A stretch of 64,000 nt of DNA, taken from positions 3,496 to 67,495 of the IMG/VR virus record IMGVR_UViG_3300025161_000007; one strand, given 5' to 3'. The stretch is from a virus. The translations under genes were made by a program, and so were the position numbers. The notes beneath the pieces are model-generated. The model searched no databases and was not told the DNA's origin. It saw only the letters and a program-made list of their open reading frames with translations. How positions within the stretch are numbered: the first letter of the stretch is position 1; every line of letters starts with the position of its first letter. Of the stretch, positions 18,108 to 27,672 are shown piece by piece.

Positions 18108-18117
18108 GAGGATCACC

Positions 18118-18237
18118 ATGGGACCCAGATATGCAAGCTGCGAGCATGACTACGTGGAGGTGCGCCAGGTTCGCATGGGCGCAGTCACAAAGTACACCTA
18201 TCGTTGCACAAAGTGTGGGGATGAGTTCACGGTATGA
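18118..18237 (+). CDS. Micro zinc-ribbon protein
   Basis: AGGAGG RBS; CEHDY...YRCTKCG; ATGA overlap with nrdJ. Confidence 0.6.
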   Translation: MGPRYASCEHDYVEVRQVRMGAVTKYTYRCTKCGDEFTV

Positions 18238-20426
18238 ACGTTATCAAGCGCGACGGACGCGTTGTCCCCTATGATCGCACGCGCATCGAGCGTGCTATCG
18301 GTAAATGCTTCGCGAGTTTAGGGGTCGAGGCAGATGCTGAGGCGCTCTCCTACGACGTGGAGGAGGCCCTCTTCGCCCTCTATGAGACCCCTACCGTTGA
18401 GCAGATTCAGGATGTGGTGGAAGGCATCCTGGCAGAGGTGGACTTCCAGGCTGCACGCGCCTATATCCTCTATCGGGAGCAGAAGGCAAAGCAGCGTGAG
18501 CGCAAGCCCATCCCACAGGAAGTGCGCACGGCCTTCGAGGAATCGGCGCGTTACTTCCCTACCCCTCTTCAGCAGTTCCAGTTCTACGACAAGTACTCTC
18601 GCTTCAACTACGAGTTGGGAAGGCGAGAGACCTGGCCGGAGACCGTGGAACGTGCGGTCGCCTTCCTGCGTGAGTTGGGGGGAGATCGCATTCCAGAGAA
18701 GGAGTATGAGCGCATCCACCGCATGATCCTGGAGATGAAGGTCATGCCCTCCATGCGCTTGCTGGCAATGGCTGGACCTGCTGCTCGACGGTCGAATATC
18801 ACCATCTACAACTGTAGCTATATGCCAGTGATCGACCTGGATACCTTTGTGGAAGCCCTCATCATTTCCATGAGCGGGTGCGGAGTTGGCTACTCAGTGG
18901 AGAGCCGCTACGTGAGCCAGCTGCCGCGCATCATCCCACAAACGGGCAAAGTACACCAGTGGATCGTGGGAGATTCCGCGGAAGGTTGGGCCGAAGCCCT
19001 GCGCGCTGGCCTCAATGCCTGGTTCGCAGGGGAAGACATCCAGTTCGACTACTCACTGGTGCGACCGGCTGGCACTCCTCTGCGCACCAAAGGCGGACGC
19101 GCCTCTGGCCCAGAGCCTCTGCGCCGCATGCTGGAGTTCACACGCAACAAGATCCTATCCCGTCAGGGAGGATACCTCCGCCCCATCGATGCCCACGACA
19201 TCATGTGTATGGTGGGGAGCGCCGCGGTGAGCGGGGGAGTACGCCGTACCGCCATGATCTCCCTCTTCGACTTCGACGATCTGGAGATGCGCCTGTGCAA
19301 AAGCGGCAGTAACATCGTTGGCAATGAACAGCGATGGAACGCCAACAATTCTGCAGTCTGGCCAGACCGTGAGCTTTCACAGATGGAGGTGACACGCTTC
19401 ATGCTGGACATGTTCGAATCGCAGCGAGGAGAGCCAGGCATCTTCAGCCGGCAGGCAGCGCTCAACACCAGACCGGCGCGGCGTCTTCCAGCTGCATTCG
19501 GCACGAACCCATGTGGCGAGATCGTCCTGCGCCCCTTCCAGTTCTGTAACCTCTCAGCGGCTGTTGCCAGGGAGGGAGATACCTACCGCGATCTGGCAGA
19601 GAAGGTGGAGGTTGCCGCCATCATCGGCGTGATCCAGTCGCTGGCTACCCACTTCCCTGGATTGCGTCCTGAGTGGAAGAAGAACTGTGAGGAAGAACGT
19701 CTGCTTGGCGTAGACATCAACGGTCAGATGGATTGCAGCCTGGCCCGCGATCCCTATATCCAGCAGGAGCTCCAGAACCTGGCAACCGCTGTAGCAGATC
19801 GCTATGCGGAGATGTTAGGGATCAACAAGCCTGCTGCCATCACCTGCGTCAAACCATCGGGCAACTCCTCAACGTTGCTCAACTGCTCCTCTGGTCTGCA
19901 CGCCCGCTGGTCCCCCTTCTACATCCGCAATGTGCGCGTCGATGCGCACTCCCCTATATGCAAGGTCTTGCGTGATGCAGGGGTGCCTATGGATCCAGAG
20001 AATGGCCAGATGCCAGAGAGCGCAACCACCTGGGTGGTCCACTTCCCTGTGCGCAGCCCAGAGGGAGCGATCACGCGCAAAGACCGCAGCGCACTCGATC
20101 AGTGCGAGTACTGGCTGCAGTGCAAGCTCCACTGGACTCAGCACAATCCGTCTTGCACGATCACCTACCGCGAGGATGAGATCATCGAGTTGATCGATTG
20201 GGTGTACAAGCACCAGAACGTGTTGGGCGGCATCTCCTTCCTGCCGGAAAGCGATGCCCAATACGATCAGATGCCTTACGAGGAGATCTCCCGTGAGGAG
20301 TATGAGAGATTGGCGCAAGCATTCCCTGAGATCGACTACTCGAAGCTCTACCGCTACGAGGATGAGGATCTGACCACGGCGGCTCAGGAGGTGGCGTGCA
20401 CAGCGGGAGCCTGCGACCTACGCTAG
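18234..20426 (+). CDS. nrdJ: Class II (B12-dependent) ribonucleotide reductase with ATP cone
   Basis: N-terminal VIKRDGR ATP cone; GTNPCGEI; TCVKPSG; C-terminal ACTAGACD. Confidence 0.95.
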   Translation: MNVIKRDGRVVPYDRTRIERAIGKCFASLGVEADAEALSYDVEEALFALYETPTVEQIQDVVEGILAEVDFQAARAYILYREQKAKQRERKPIPQEVRTAFEESARYFPTPLQQFQFYDKYSRFNYELGRRETWPETVERAVAFLRELGGDRIPEKEYERIHRMILEMKVMPSMRLLAMAGPAARRSNITIYNCSYMPVIDLDTFVEALIISMSGCGVGYSVESRYVSQLPRIIPQTGKVHQWIVGDSAEGWAEALRAGLNAWFAGEDIQFDYSLVRPAGTPLRTKGGRASGPEPLRRMLEFTRNKILSRQGGYLRPIDAHDIMCMVGSAAVSGGVRRTAMISLFDFDDLEMRLCKSGSNIVGNEQRWNANNSAVWPDRELSQMEVTRFMLDMFESQRGEPGIFSRQAALNTRPARRLPAAFGTNPCGEIVLRPFQFCNLSAAVAREGDTYRDLAEKVEVAAIIGVIQSLATHFPGLRPEWKKNCEEERLLGVDINGQMDCSLARDPYIQQELQNLATAVADRYAEMLGINKPAAITCVKPSGNSSTLLNCSSGLHARWSPFYIRNVRVDAHSPICKVLRDAGVPMDPENGQMPESATTWVVHFPVRSPEGAITRKDRSALDQCEYWLQCKLHWTQHNPSCTITYREDEIIELIDWVYKHQNVLGGISFLPESDAQYDQMPYEEISREEYERLAQAFPEIDYSKLYRYEDEDLTTAAQEVACTAGACDLR

Positions 20427-20493
20427 CCTGTCATAGTTCCTGGTCTGTGGGAGCTTTTCATGAGCTCCCACAGCTATCTCTGGGAGGGTAGAG

Positions 20494-20940
20494 ATGTCCA
20501 AGCCATGCCCTGTATGCAAGAGCATGGTCATACGCAGAAACGGCGCCTGCCCGATCTGTGGGGCGAAGCTCAGGCTATACCACGGCAACTATGAGGTGGA
20601 TACAGGGAAGCCGCCGGCGGTGGAGATCCTTGACCGCTTCCTGGAGCTAAAGCCACACATCCAGCTGACGCATCAGGAGCGCATCAGGGAGCTTCGCCTC
20701 TGCCGGCTCTACTACGAGCGCTGCGGGAAGGATATCGAGGTAGCGCTCAAGTCCGTGGAGCTACAACTAACCGATCCCAAGTTCTCATGGGCCAATCGTT
20801 CGGGGATCGGCGGGTTGTTCTTCGATTTGCCCGATGCGCGTGGGCAGGCCAGGCGCATCATCGACCGTCAGCGAGCGAGCGTGGCCCAGCAATCCGATAC
20901 CGCGGCCACGATCCAGAGCCGCGAGAACGTATTCGCGTAG
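20494..20940 (+). CDS. Zn-finger hypothetical protein
   Basis: CPVC...CPICG; RBS present. Confidence 0.65.
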   Translation: MSKPCPVCKSMVIRRNGACPICGAKLRLYHGNYEVDTGKPPAVEILDRFLELKPHIQLTHQERIRELRLCRLYYERCGKDIEVALKSVELQLTDPKFSWANRSGIGGLFFDLPDARGQARRIIDRQRASVAQQSDTAATIQSRENVFA

Positions 20941-20949
20941 TAGGAGAAG

Positions 20950-21027
20950 ATGGCATGGAAATGTCCCAATTGCGGGTACCAGGGGAATCTCGGCAGCCAC
21001 TGCCGTATCTGCGGGTATCGCAAATAG
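20950..21027 (+). CDS. 25-aa RanBP2-type zinc finger peptide
   Basis: MAWKCPNCGYQGNLGSHCRICGYRK; AGGAG RBS. Confidence 0.55.
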   Translation: MAWKCPNCGYQGNLGSHCRICGYRK

Positions 21028-21035
21028 GAGGCGAG

Positions 21036-21278
21036 ATGCACGAGGTCACGAACAAGTTCGCATTCCTCAGATACCTGATGAGTGAGTGCGCCGTCTCGGA
21101 GGCTAATCGCATCATCCAGATGATGGAGGTCGTGTTGCCGGAGAACATGCTATGGGCGCTGTATCAGTTGGGGTTCCCTGGCATTACCAGGAACAGTGGG
21201 TTCTGCTACCACTGCGGGTATGATGGGAACCAGGAAGAGCAGGAGTACTGCGAAGTATGTGAGTGCCGGAGGGAATGA
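21036..21278 (+). CDS. Hypothetical protein with C-terminal Zn finger
   Basis: AGGAGG RBS; CYHC...CEVC. Confidence 0.6.
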   Translation: MHEVTNKFAFLRYLMSECAVSEANRIIQMMEVVLPENMLWALYQLGFPGITRNSGFCYHCGYDGNQEEQEYCEVCECRRE

Positions 21279-21367
21279 TGTGGACGTGCAGTGATTGCGG
21301 AGCCCAGAACGTGGGCGGGATGTTCTGCATGAAGTGCGGCAAGCTGCGCAAGGTGACGCATGGTTGA
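21278..21367 (+). CDS. 29-aa RanBP2-type zinc finger peptide
   Basis: MWTCSDCGAQNVGGMFCMKCG; TGATG overlap. Confidence 0.55.
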   Translation: MWTCSDCGAQNVGGMFCMKCGKLRKVTHG

Positions 21368-21542
21368 CCTCGACAAGCTGTTTACCCTCGCAGGATACAC
21401 CACCATCTGCCTGCTGACGGTACTACCTGTAGCCTATGCAGCGACCAGGGTAGAGGATGCCAACACCAGACGCATCGCCATGCTGGTCATCCCGCTGCTT
21501 GTCACGCTCTGTATCTCCATCGCGGTCGTCATCTCGTTGTGA
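21360..21542 (+). CDS. Small two-TM membrane protein
   Basis: Hydrophobic segments; AAGGTGA upstream. Confidence 0.55.
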   Translation: MVDLDKLFTLAGYTTICLLTVLPVAYAATRVEDANTRRIAMLVIPLLVTLCISIAVVISL

Positions 21543-21594
21543 TCAGGTGCTGCCCTATAGCTCCCTATAGGGCAGCACTCACTTGAGGTTCCCT

Positions 21595-22548
21595 ATGTAC
21601 AATCCATCGATCAAATGGCTGGTCGATAACGACCAGTGGGGAGACCCGCTTGCCAATCGCGCGAACCTGGTCCCCTACCCCTGGGGAGCCGATTCCCCCA
21701 TCAATCAGGCGCTGTACGGGATCAACATGAGCGGGGAGTTGATCGGCATCCAGGGTCCCAATAAGAACCGCAAGACCACGTTCCTGATGAACATCGTCTA
21801 CTTCATCATGGCGCAGGAGAAGCCCAAAGACAAGCCTAACATCACCCTGCTCACCCTGGAATCGGGGAGCCGACCACGGAAGCTAAAGGATATCCTGATC
21901 TGTATGCAGGCCACCGACCTGCTCTTGAAGCAGGGGAAGCCGGAGCTTTGTGTGATCACCCCCAAGTTCCTGAGATACAACCGGCGCACCCCAGAACAGC
22001 AGAAGGCCATCGATGATGCGGTCAGCATCGTCAGGGAGTGGCCGATCTACCTCTATGGGCCAGGGAAGGAGGAGGGGGATGTCAGGAACCCTGACCAGAT
22101 CAAGAAGGTGATTACGCAGGCTGAGGGAGGGATTGTTGCCCTCGACCATGCGCAGCAGATTCAGTTTGATTGCGCGGCATGGGAGAAGCTGGGGAGGGCA
22201 GTCGATCTCTTTGCCTACCTGATCAACTACATGGGGATCGTTGGCATCCTGCTCTCCCAGGTATCGCTGACATCGGTCAGAGCCTACCAGAAGGGCGAGG
22301 GAGAACTCACCGCTTCAGGGGGCATGAAGCTGGAAGAGGAAGCCAACGTTTTGTTCAATACGTTGTTGGTGGAGGAGAACCTGATGGAGATCGCCATCCA
22401 TCGCGCTCGTGATGCGGAGGGAATCACGGTCTTACAGCCCCTGGAGCCACATTCGGGGCTATTCTGGAAACCACCGAGGCTGAAGTATGCTCCCAAGCCC
22501 AGAGTCAACGGAAAGGTTAGCGGAACTCAGAACGTTCAGAGCAGCTAA
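21595..22548 (+). CDS. DnaB/RecA-family helicase-like ATPase
   Basis: Walker A variant GPNKNRKTT; LTLE; VALDHAQQI; LLSQV; LEEEAN. Confidence 0.75.
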   Translation: MYNPSIKWLVDNDQWGDPLANRANLVPYPWGADSPINQALYGINMSGELIGIQGPNKNRKTTFLMNIVYFIMAQEKPKDKPNITLLTLESGSRPRKLKDILICMQATDLLLKQGKPELCVITPKFLRYNRRTPEQQKAIDDAVSIVREWPIYLYGPGKEEGDVRNPDQIKKVITQAEGGIVALDHAQQIQFDCAAWEKLGRAVDLFAYLINYMGIVGILLSQVSLTSVRAYQKGEGELTASGGMKLEEEANVLFNTLLVEENLMEIAIHRARDAEGITVLQPLEPHSGLFWKPPRLKYAPKPRVNGKVSGTQNVQSS

Positions 22549-22855
22549 GCGAGAACAGCGCATCCTCCTCGACACCTGGTTCTTCCAGATGTTGGAGATG
22601 TGTCGAGGAGATCGCATCGTCAGACGTGGTGTATGCCCCTGCGGGAAACACGCAGGGCTGGTCGTGCAGATACGCAACGAGGAGGGAGAGTATGTAGACA
22701 AGGCCACGATTTGCCCGATCACGTACTACACCACAAAATGGAGCGAACGACTCAGGAAGTCGCCAGAGGAGGCGCAGCGCTTCCTGAGAGAAAATCCCTA
22801 TAGCGCCTTCGTGGAGAAATATGCGCTTCAAACAAAACAACCAGTGGCTACGTGA
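22487..22855 (+). CDS. Hypothetical protein
   Basis: CPCG...CP; lies in the operon. Confidence 0.5.
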   Translation: MLPSPESTERLAELRTFRAAKREQRILLDTWFFQMLEMCRGDRIVRRGVCPCGKHAGLVVQIRNEEGEYVDKATICPITYYTTKWSERLRKSPEEAQRFLRENPYSAFVEKYALQTKQPVAT

Positions 22856-23141
22856 TGCAGACGATAAGATCGTCTCGATTCCTCTCTTCCGATGGCTCAC
22901 GCGTTCGGAGAGCCAGATCAGCCTGTTCTGTACGCTCTTCGCCATCGATGACTATCTCATTCCCTACTATCGGGGGATCATCACACTCACCTTCATCCCA
23001 CGCAAGGGGAGAGTGAGGAAGCAGGTGGCGTTGGAGATCGCATTGCCAGGGGGTCGCTCCCTGTGCTTCTACTTCGCAGAGCCGTGGTGGATTCCTATCG
23101 GGAAAGGCCGCATCCGCATCCTGGAGGAGCTATGCGGGTAG
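22821..23141 (+). CDS. Hypothetical protein
   Basis: GGAG RBS; lies in the operon. Confidence 0.5.
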   Translation: MRFKQNNQWLRDADDKIVSIPLFRWLTRSESQISLFCTLFAIDDYLIPYYRGIITLTFIPRKGRVRKQVALEIALPGGRSLCFYFAEPWWIPIGKGRIRILEELCG

Positions 23142-23914
23142 GGTTCAAGTGGTATGGTCAGAATGTGTCCGTTGAGGAGATGATCACCTTTGCCAGGGAA
23201 GACCCGCTCTTCCCCTACTCAGAGGCGCTCATTCGCTGGCTGGCTGCTACCTCCATAACCAGCCGTGAGGGAATCCACGTCTCCTCCCTGATCTCTCCCT
23301 GTCACCTGCGGGAGAGATTGGAGCGCGAGGTGGACTACTGGTCCTACCCACAAGAGGTATTGGGCCTGGCCATTGGCAGCCTGGTACATGGTATCCTGGA
23401 GCAGGGAGATGGCCTGAAGGAACTGGAGCTATCCGCACCATGTGAAGGCACCACCATCATCGGCCACATCGATCACTATGATCCAGAACGAGGAGTGATC
23501 ACCGACTACAAGACGGCCAGGTATGTGATCCCCCATAAGCTCCCTTACGGCAATCATGGCATGCAGGTCAACGTCTACGCCTGGTTGCTCAGGAAGAATG
23601 GGTATACGCCCAGGATGGCAGTGGTGCGCTACATCGACATGAGTGGCCCCAGCAAGTGCAAGGCCTGCTCTCTCCCTCTGGTCGACGAGGGGGAGATGCT
23701 GGAGTGTCCCGAATGCGGTGGCCTCTACTCTAAGGAAGAATGCCATACTGGCGTGGTTCCGGTCCCCATTCGATTGTGGGATGAGCGTGAGGCCGATGAG
23801 AAGGTCGGCAGGATGGTGGCTGATCTCATGAGCGCGCTCCATGGACCAGAGCCTGCTCCCAAGAGGGTATGGCTCTGCAACTACTGTCAATTCTACAGGA
23901 GGTGTTGGAAATAG
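23132..23914 (+). CDS. Cas4-like PD-(D/E)XK exonuclease with inserted Zn finger
   Basis: GHID...ITDYKT...QVNVY; one N-terminal Cys and C-terminal CNYCQFYRRC. Confidence 0.85.
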   Translation: MRVGFKWYGQNVSVEEMITFAREDPLFPYSEALIRWLAATSITSREGIHVSSLISPCHLRERLEREVDYWSYPQEVLGLAIGSLVHGILEQGDGLKELELSAPCEGTTIIGHIDHYDPERGVITDYKTARYVIPHKLPYGNHGMQVNVYAWLLRKNGYTPRMAVVRYIDMSGPSKCKACSLPLVDEGEMLECPECGGLYSKEECHTGVVPVPIRLWDEREADEKVGRMVADLMSALHGPEPAPKRVWLCNYCQFYRRCWK

Positions 23915-23915
23915 A

Positions 23916-24086
23916 ATGGACACCATGCACAAGATCAACTTCATCGCCAACAAGATCATGGAGCTACGGCTCCAGAAGCCCTACGGTATGAACACCTCCG
24001 AGATCAAGCGGTTGGAGGCTAAGCTTGCCGAGCTATGGAATCAGCGAAGACAAGAGTTGGCGGGAAAGTACGAGGATTGGGATTAA
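23916..24086 (+). CDS. Hypothetical protein
   Basis: Short coupled ORF. Confidence 0.45.
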   Translation: MDTMHKINFIANKIMELRLQKPYGMNTSEIKRLEAKLAELWNQRRQELAGKYEDWD

Positions 24087-24293
24087 GCGTGCGCTTGGGA
24101 AGGATATCCCGATCCATGCTGTGATGGTTTCTGAGGAGAGGGCGTTTCTCCTGGTACCACGCTGGGCATTGAAGTACAACGATGATCCTCGCATCCAGAT
24201 CGGGAAACGGCCTGTCACGCTGGTCTGCGAACCATTAGTGGAGTATGCGCTCTCGCTGGGCGCTACCGTCATTCAGTTATGGAGGGAGTGAAG

Positions 24294-24992
24294 ATGGAAG
24301 CCGCACCGTTTGGCAGCATCCTGGTGTGGGGAGCGCCAGGATCAGGCAAAACGCTCTTTGGGTGGAACAGCCCCTACAAGCCAGTCCTCTACTTCGACTT
24401 CGAGCGGTCATCTCTGCCTTACCGCAGGCTGGCCGAGAAGTACGAGGTGAAGGTCGTGGACATCGCCGACCTCAAGCAGTTCCTGGATTACGTCGGCAAG
24501 ATTCCGGCCAACAAGTACAAGACTGTCATGTTCGATACAGGCTGGCAGCCGTTCGACTGGCTCTCTAACCACATCTTCGAGAAGGCTGGTCCCAAAGCTG
24601 AGAAGCAGTCGCAGTTGGTGTGGGCTGATGTGCGCAAGGCGATCCGCGAGATCATGCTGGATGTGATGGGGAAGTGCGAGATGTTCATCCTCACTGCGCA
24701 CACCCGCAAGTACATGGATCGCCAGGAAGAACCACGCATCAGCCCGACACCGTTCGAGTTGGTGGATGTTGCTATCCAGTTGGTGCGCCGACCCAACGAG
24801 CAGTTGCCGTGTGGAATCGTGGGTACACGCAATCGCCTGATGGGTCTGTTGCCACCCAAGATCACACCGTGCACATGGGAGAAGATCCTGGAGTACACGG
24901 TCAACCCACCGGATTGGAACAACCTGAAGCCAGAGGAGATCGCTGAGGATAAGATCTACGTTCCCATCGGCGATTCCCTGGAGATGGCATAG
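24294..24992 (+). CDS. Sak4-like/AAA_24 ATPase (recombinase)
   Basis: GAPGSGKT; YFDFERS; TVMFDT; ILTAH. Confidence 0.8.
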   Translation: MEAAPFGSILVWGAPGSGKTLFGWNSPYKPVLYFDFERSSLPYRRLAEKYEVKVVDIADLKQFLDYVGKIPANKYKTVMFDTGWQPFDWLSNHIFEKAGPKAEKQSQLVWADVRKAIREIMLDVMGKCEMFILTAHTRKYMDRQEEPRISPTPFELVDVAIQLVRRPNEQLPCGIVGTRNRLMGLLPPKITPCTWEKILEYTVNPPDWNNLKPEEIAEDKIYVPIGDSLEMA

Positions 24993-25045
24993 AGTAAGCT
25001 GGATGGAGGTAGGCCTCCATCCAGCTTGCACAAGAGGAGGAGACT

Positions 25046-25198
25046 GTGTCAGACGAAATCGCGGAGTTCGCGCTCGTAGATGGCGAGTGCTTTCCAGACG
25101 AAGCGTTCGATGATCCCATTCTGGAGGATTGGGAGTGGTTCATCCACACCATTCCTCCAGACCAGTTAGACGATCACCATGGGGAGGAAGGACAATGA
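25046..25198 (+). CDS. Small, highly acidic protein
   Basis: GAGGAGG RBS, GTG start; 17 D/E and no K/R in 50 aa. Confidence 0.55.
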   Translation: MSDEIAEFALVDGECFPDEAFDDPILEDWEWFIHTIPPDQLDDHHGEEGQ

Positions 25199-26280
25199 AG
25201 CTGCTTGCTAACCAACTATCCGATGTACTGGACAGAGCGGAACTCACGTGGAGAGACAGCGTGTTCCTCTTTCCGCAGGAGAGGTCCTGCCAGGTGTGTA
25301 TCAAGAAGCCTGGAGTCTACAACGCCTGCTTCGACATCGATTGCCTGGAGCGTGGAGCACCCATCGGCGTGAATGCTGTAGAGCTATTCGAGTTCCTGAG
25401 GATTGCGGATGGCGAGGAGATAGAGCTTGAGGATTGCCGCGATCTCGTTGCGGCTCGCTGTGGCAGTGTGCAGACACGCCTGTACAACACGCCACCACTT
25501 GATGATTTCGAACACGAGGATACGACGATCGTGGAGCTTGGTCATGTCATGGGCAAGTACATCGTCAAGCCGTACTTGCCGCTACTCCCCTCTACTCCAG
25601 GAGACATATATGCTACTGGCTGCGTGGTGATCATGCCGGATGGCGATAGAACCAGCTACATGATGACTGACGGGAGGATCATGGTAGTGATCGGCGTTGA
25701 TCACCAGACCAAGGACACCTTCGTGATCCCAGCAAAGGTATTCACCTGCTTCAATGGCTACGATACCATCTACGTTGGGAAAAACGGCGATGGGCGGGTT
25801 ACGCTCAAGAGCGAGAATGTAGCCGTTGTCTCACACTATGCGCGCGATATCCCAAACTTCAAGAACCTCTTGAAGAAGCTGGATGGTAGCACTCCGCTAC
25901 GCATCCCGCTGGGCAAGCTAGCTGAGTTCATGAGGCGTATCCAGAGTGTTCGTAGCAACACGGGCATGATCATCGTGTCCGTTGGTAAGGGAGAGATGGT
26001 CATCTATGCAGATACCAAACACATCACGGTAAAGGCCGCGGAAAGCATCCCCTACCAGGGCGACAGGATCTACCTACCATTCGATGTAGAGCATGTTACC
26101 ATCTTGCTGGACTCGCTCCATGAAGAATCCGTAGAGATGATGCTTCCCGCTCTCAAGCCGTTCCGCGATGGGTTCCTTGCGGACAAAGTGATGTTCATAC
26201 AGGCCGACACGCATACGCTGATTGCCATTGCTCCCTTCAGCGAGAATGCAGTCGGGGAAATCCTGGAACGGTTCTGTTAA
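25195..26280 (+). CDS. Divergent DNA polymerase III beta-clamp-like protein
   Basis: ~361 aa; MTDGRIM (ATDGHRL-like); IPNFKNLL (FPDYxxVI-like); three-domain size. Confidence 0.65.
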   Translation: MKLLANQLSDVLDRAELTWRDSVFLFPQERSCQVCIKKPGVYNACFDIDCLERGAPIGVNAVELFEFLRIADGEEIELEDCRDLVAARCGSVQTRLYNTPPLDDFEHEDTTIVELGHVMGKYIVKPYLPLLPSTPGDIYATGCVVIMPDGDRTSYMMTDGRIMVVIGVDHQTKDTFVIPAKVFTCFNGYDTIYVGKNGDGRVTLKSENVAVVSHYARDIPNFKNLLKKLDGSTPLRIPLGKLAEFMRRIQSVRSNTGMIIVSVGKGEMVIYADTKHITVKAAESIPYQGDRIYLPFDVEHVTILLDSLHEESVEMMLPALKPFRDGFLADKVMFIQADTHTLIAIAPFSENAVGEILERFC

Positions 26281-26285
26281 GTAAA

Positions 26286-26311
26286 GAGAGGGGAGTGTGA
26301 TCTCCCCTCTC
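26286..26311. terminator. Bidirectional terminator between convergent arms
   Basis: GAGAGGGGAG-tgtgat-CTCCCCTCTC. Confidence 0.65.
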
Positions 26312-26314
26312 TGC

Positions 26315-26626
26315 TCATTTCTGGCCACGCACAAGCGTGATCGCTTTGGCGTTGACCATCGATTGCCGTCTCACAACCTCCACGCATAGCTCGCAGAAGG
26401 CGTCTCGGCTGATGAAGAAGCCCACCAGGGTACCCTTGAAGCCATCATAGACTTCCCCTGCGATCTCCCTGATCTCATCGTCCGAGACCTGATGGCTAAC
26501 CGCAGAGGCCAGGCGGTTGAGCGCCTCAATCGCCAGGTTGAGCAACATCTGCTTATCATTGGCATACTTGATGTACACCACAACGGCTACCACGACCAGG
26601 CTGAGCACAGAGCTAACGATCTCCAT
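26315..26626 (-). CDS. Holin-like single-TM protein
   Basis: N-terminal TM helix; last gene of the structural arm. Confidence 0.5.
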   Translation of the reverse strand: MEIVSSVLSLVVVAVVVYIKYANDKQMLLNLAIEALNRLASAVSHQVSDDEIREIAGEVYDGFKGTLVGFFISRDAFCELCVEVVRRQSMVNAKAITLVRGQK

Positions 26627-26627
26627 C

Positions 26628-27344
26628 CTATAGGCCTCCCGTAATGTTCACATAGAGCGTAACGCACATGATAATCATGATCAGCGTCAACAAGATGCTG
26701 TTCACACCAATGGTGGGCGTTGTGCTGATGTAGTCCAGACGCTTCGATAGCTCCTCTACCGTAGTACAGAGGCCATCCAGCTTGGCATCGAACTCATTCA
26801 TACGACTGATGATCTCATGAAAACTATCCTCGGAGACGTGATGACTCCCATTGATCAAGACCGGCGAGGCTGCCTCGCCCATATTCAGCACGCCGAGCGC
26901 AGAGACCGACTCACGAAATGCCTGCTGGATATTGCGTCCATTGCCCAGTGCATTGTAGAGTTCCTCTGCAAAGGCCGATGCCGCTCTATCCGTGATGCTC
27001 ATGCCGTGAGCGATCACCGGAACCCCCAGCGCATTGTGAATCAGGGACGCGATGCCTACCGAATCACACGCATTCATCACGACGAGCTTTAGGGAGGTCT
27101 GCGCCTCTAAGGCGCGAACGATACGATCTCCCGCGATCATCCCATCGCTCATCTCCAATGCCATACGGTTGCCGTGCTGAGCGAAGTGGACCACATCGAA
27201 CTGTTCCGCAGACAATACCGACTCAACTTCTCGCTTGGTAACGATCCCAGATAGAAGACGCACGTTATTCTTCTGCGATGCCCACGCTACCTCATTGACG
27301 ACATCGATGCCAGGTTGCGTGGGGGAGATGACCAGAACTTTCAT
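26628..27344 (-). CDS. CHAT/caspase-like protease domain with coiled coil and C-terminal TM
   Basis: DVVHFAQHG (His) and LVVMNACDS (Cys) dyad; ITDRAASAFAEELY..L..G. Confidence 0.75.
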   Translation of the reverse strand: MKVLVISPTQPGIDVVNEVAWASQKNNVRLLSGIVTKREVESVLSAEQFDVVHFAQHGNRMALEMSDGMIAGDRIVRALEAQTSLKLVVMNACDSVGIASLIHNALGVPVIAHGMSITDRAASAFAEELYNALGNGRNIQQAFRESVSALGVLNMGEAASPVLINGSHHVSEDSFHEIISRMNEFDAKLDGLCTTVEELSKRLDYISTTPTIGVNSILLTLIMIIMCVTLYVNITGGL

Positions 27345-27670
27345 GACTCATCGCCTATCCCTAATTGTTCTGCCAGATCGATCACCTCCCTCGCAAACTG
27401 GGCTGGCCACTTGCTGTAGCTCGCCACGGCATTCTTCAGGGTGAGCGCAGCCTCCTCATCGTTGATCTCGATCTCCCACTTTTCCTCATGCGGGTTCCAT
27501 ACGTATCCATCAGGTGTTTGCTGTAGCCCAATACGCTCCCGCTCATCCTTCTTGAACTCCAGAGCATCGAGCGCCTTCATGGCCTTGCGGATCGTGCGCA
27601 CATCGCCATTCATCCCGCCCACGATCACGTTGCACATCACGCGCTGGTAGGTAGACAGCTTGAGCTTCAT
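27341..27670 (-). CDS. Hypothetical protein (tail-fibre-associated)
   Basis: Coupled ORF downstream of the tail fibre. Confidence 0.6.
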   Translation of the reverse strand: MKLKLSTYQRVMCNVIVGGMNGDVRTIRKAMKALDALEFKKDERERIGLQQTPDGYVWNPHEEKWEIEINDEEAALTLKNAVASYSKWPAQFAREVIDLAEQLGIGDES

Positions 27671-27672
27671 GG

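Noticed and set aside
1694-21576. Recurring (C)TATAGGG as a T7-like phage promoter (about 1697, 5512, 21566)
   Set aside because: Flanks are not conserved, copies sit inside hairpins, and no T7-type RNAP is present; too short to support.
23132-23914. CRISPR-associated Cas4 system
   Set aside because: Solo Cas4-like nuclease beside a Sak4-like ATPase, which is an ordinary phage recombination module.
21595-26280. Complete phage replisome
   Set aside because: Helicase-like, clamp-like and SSB genes are present, but I cannot recognise a DNA polymerase or primase in the window.
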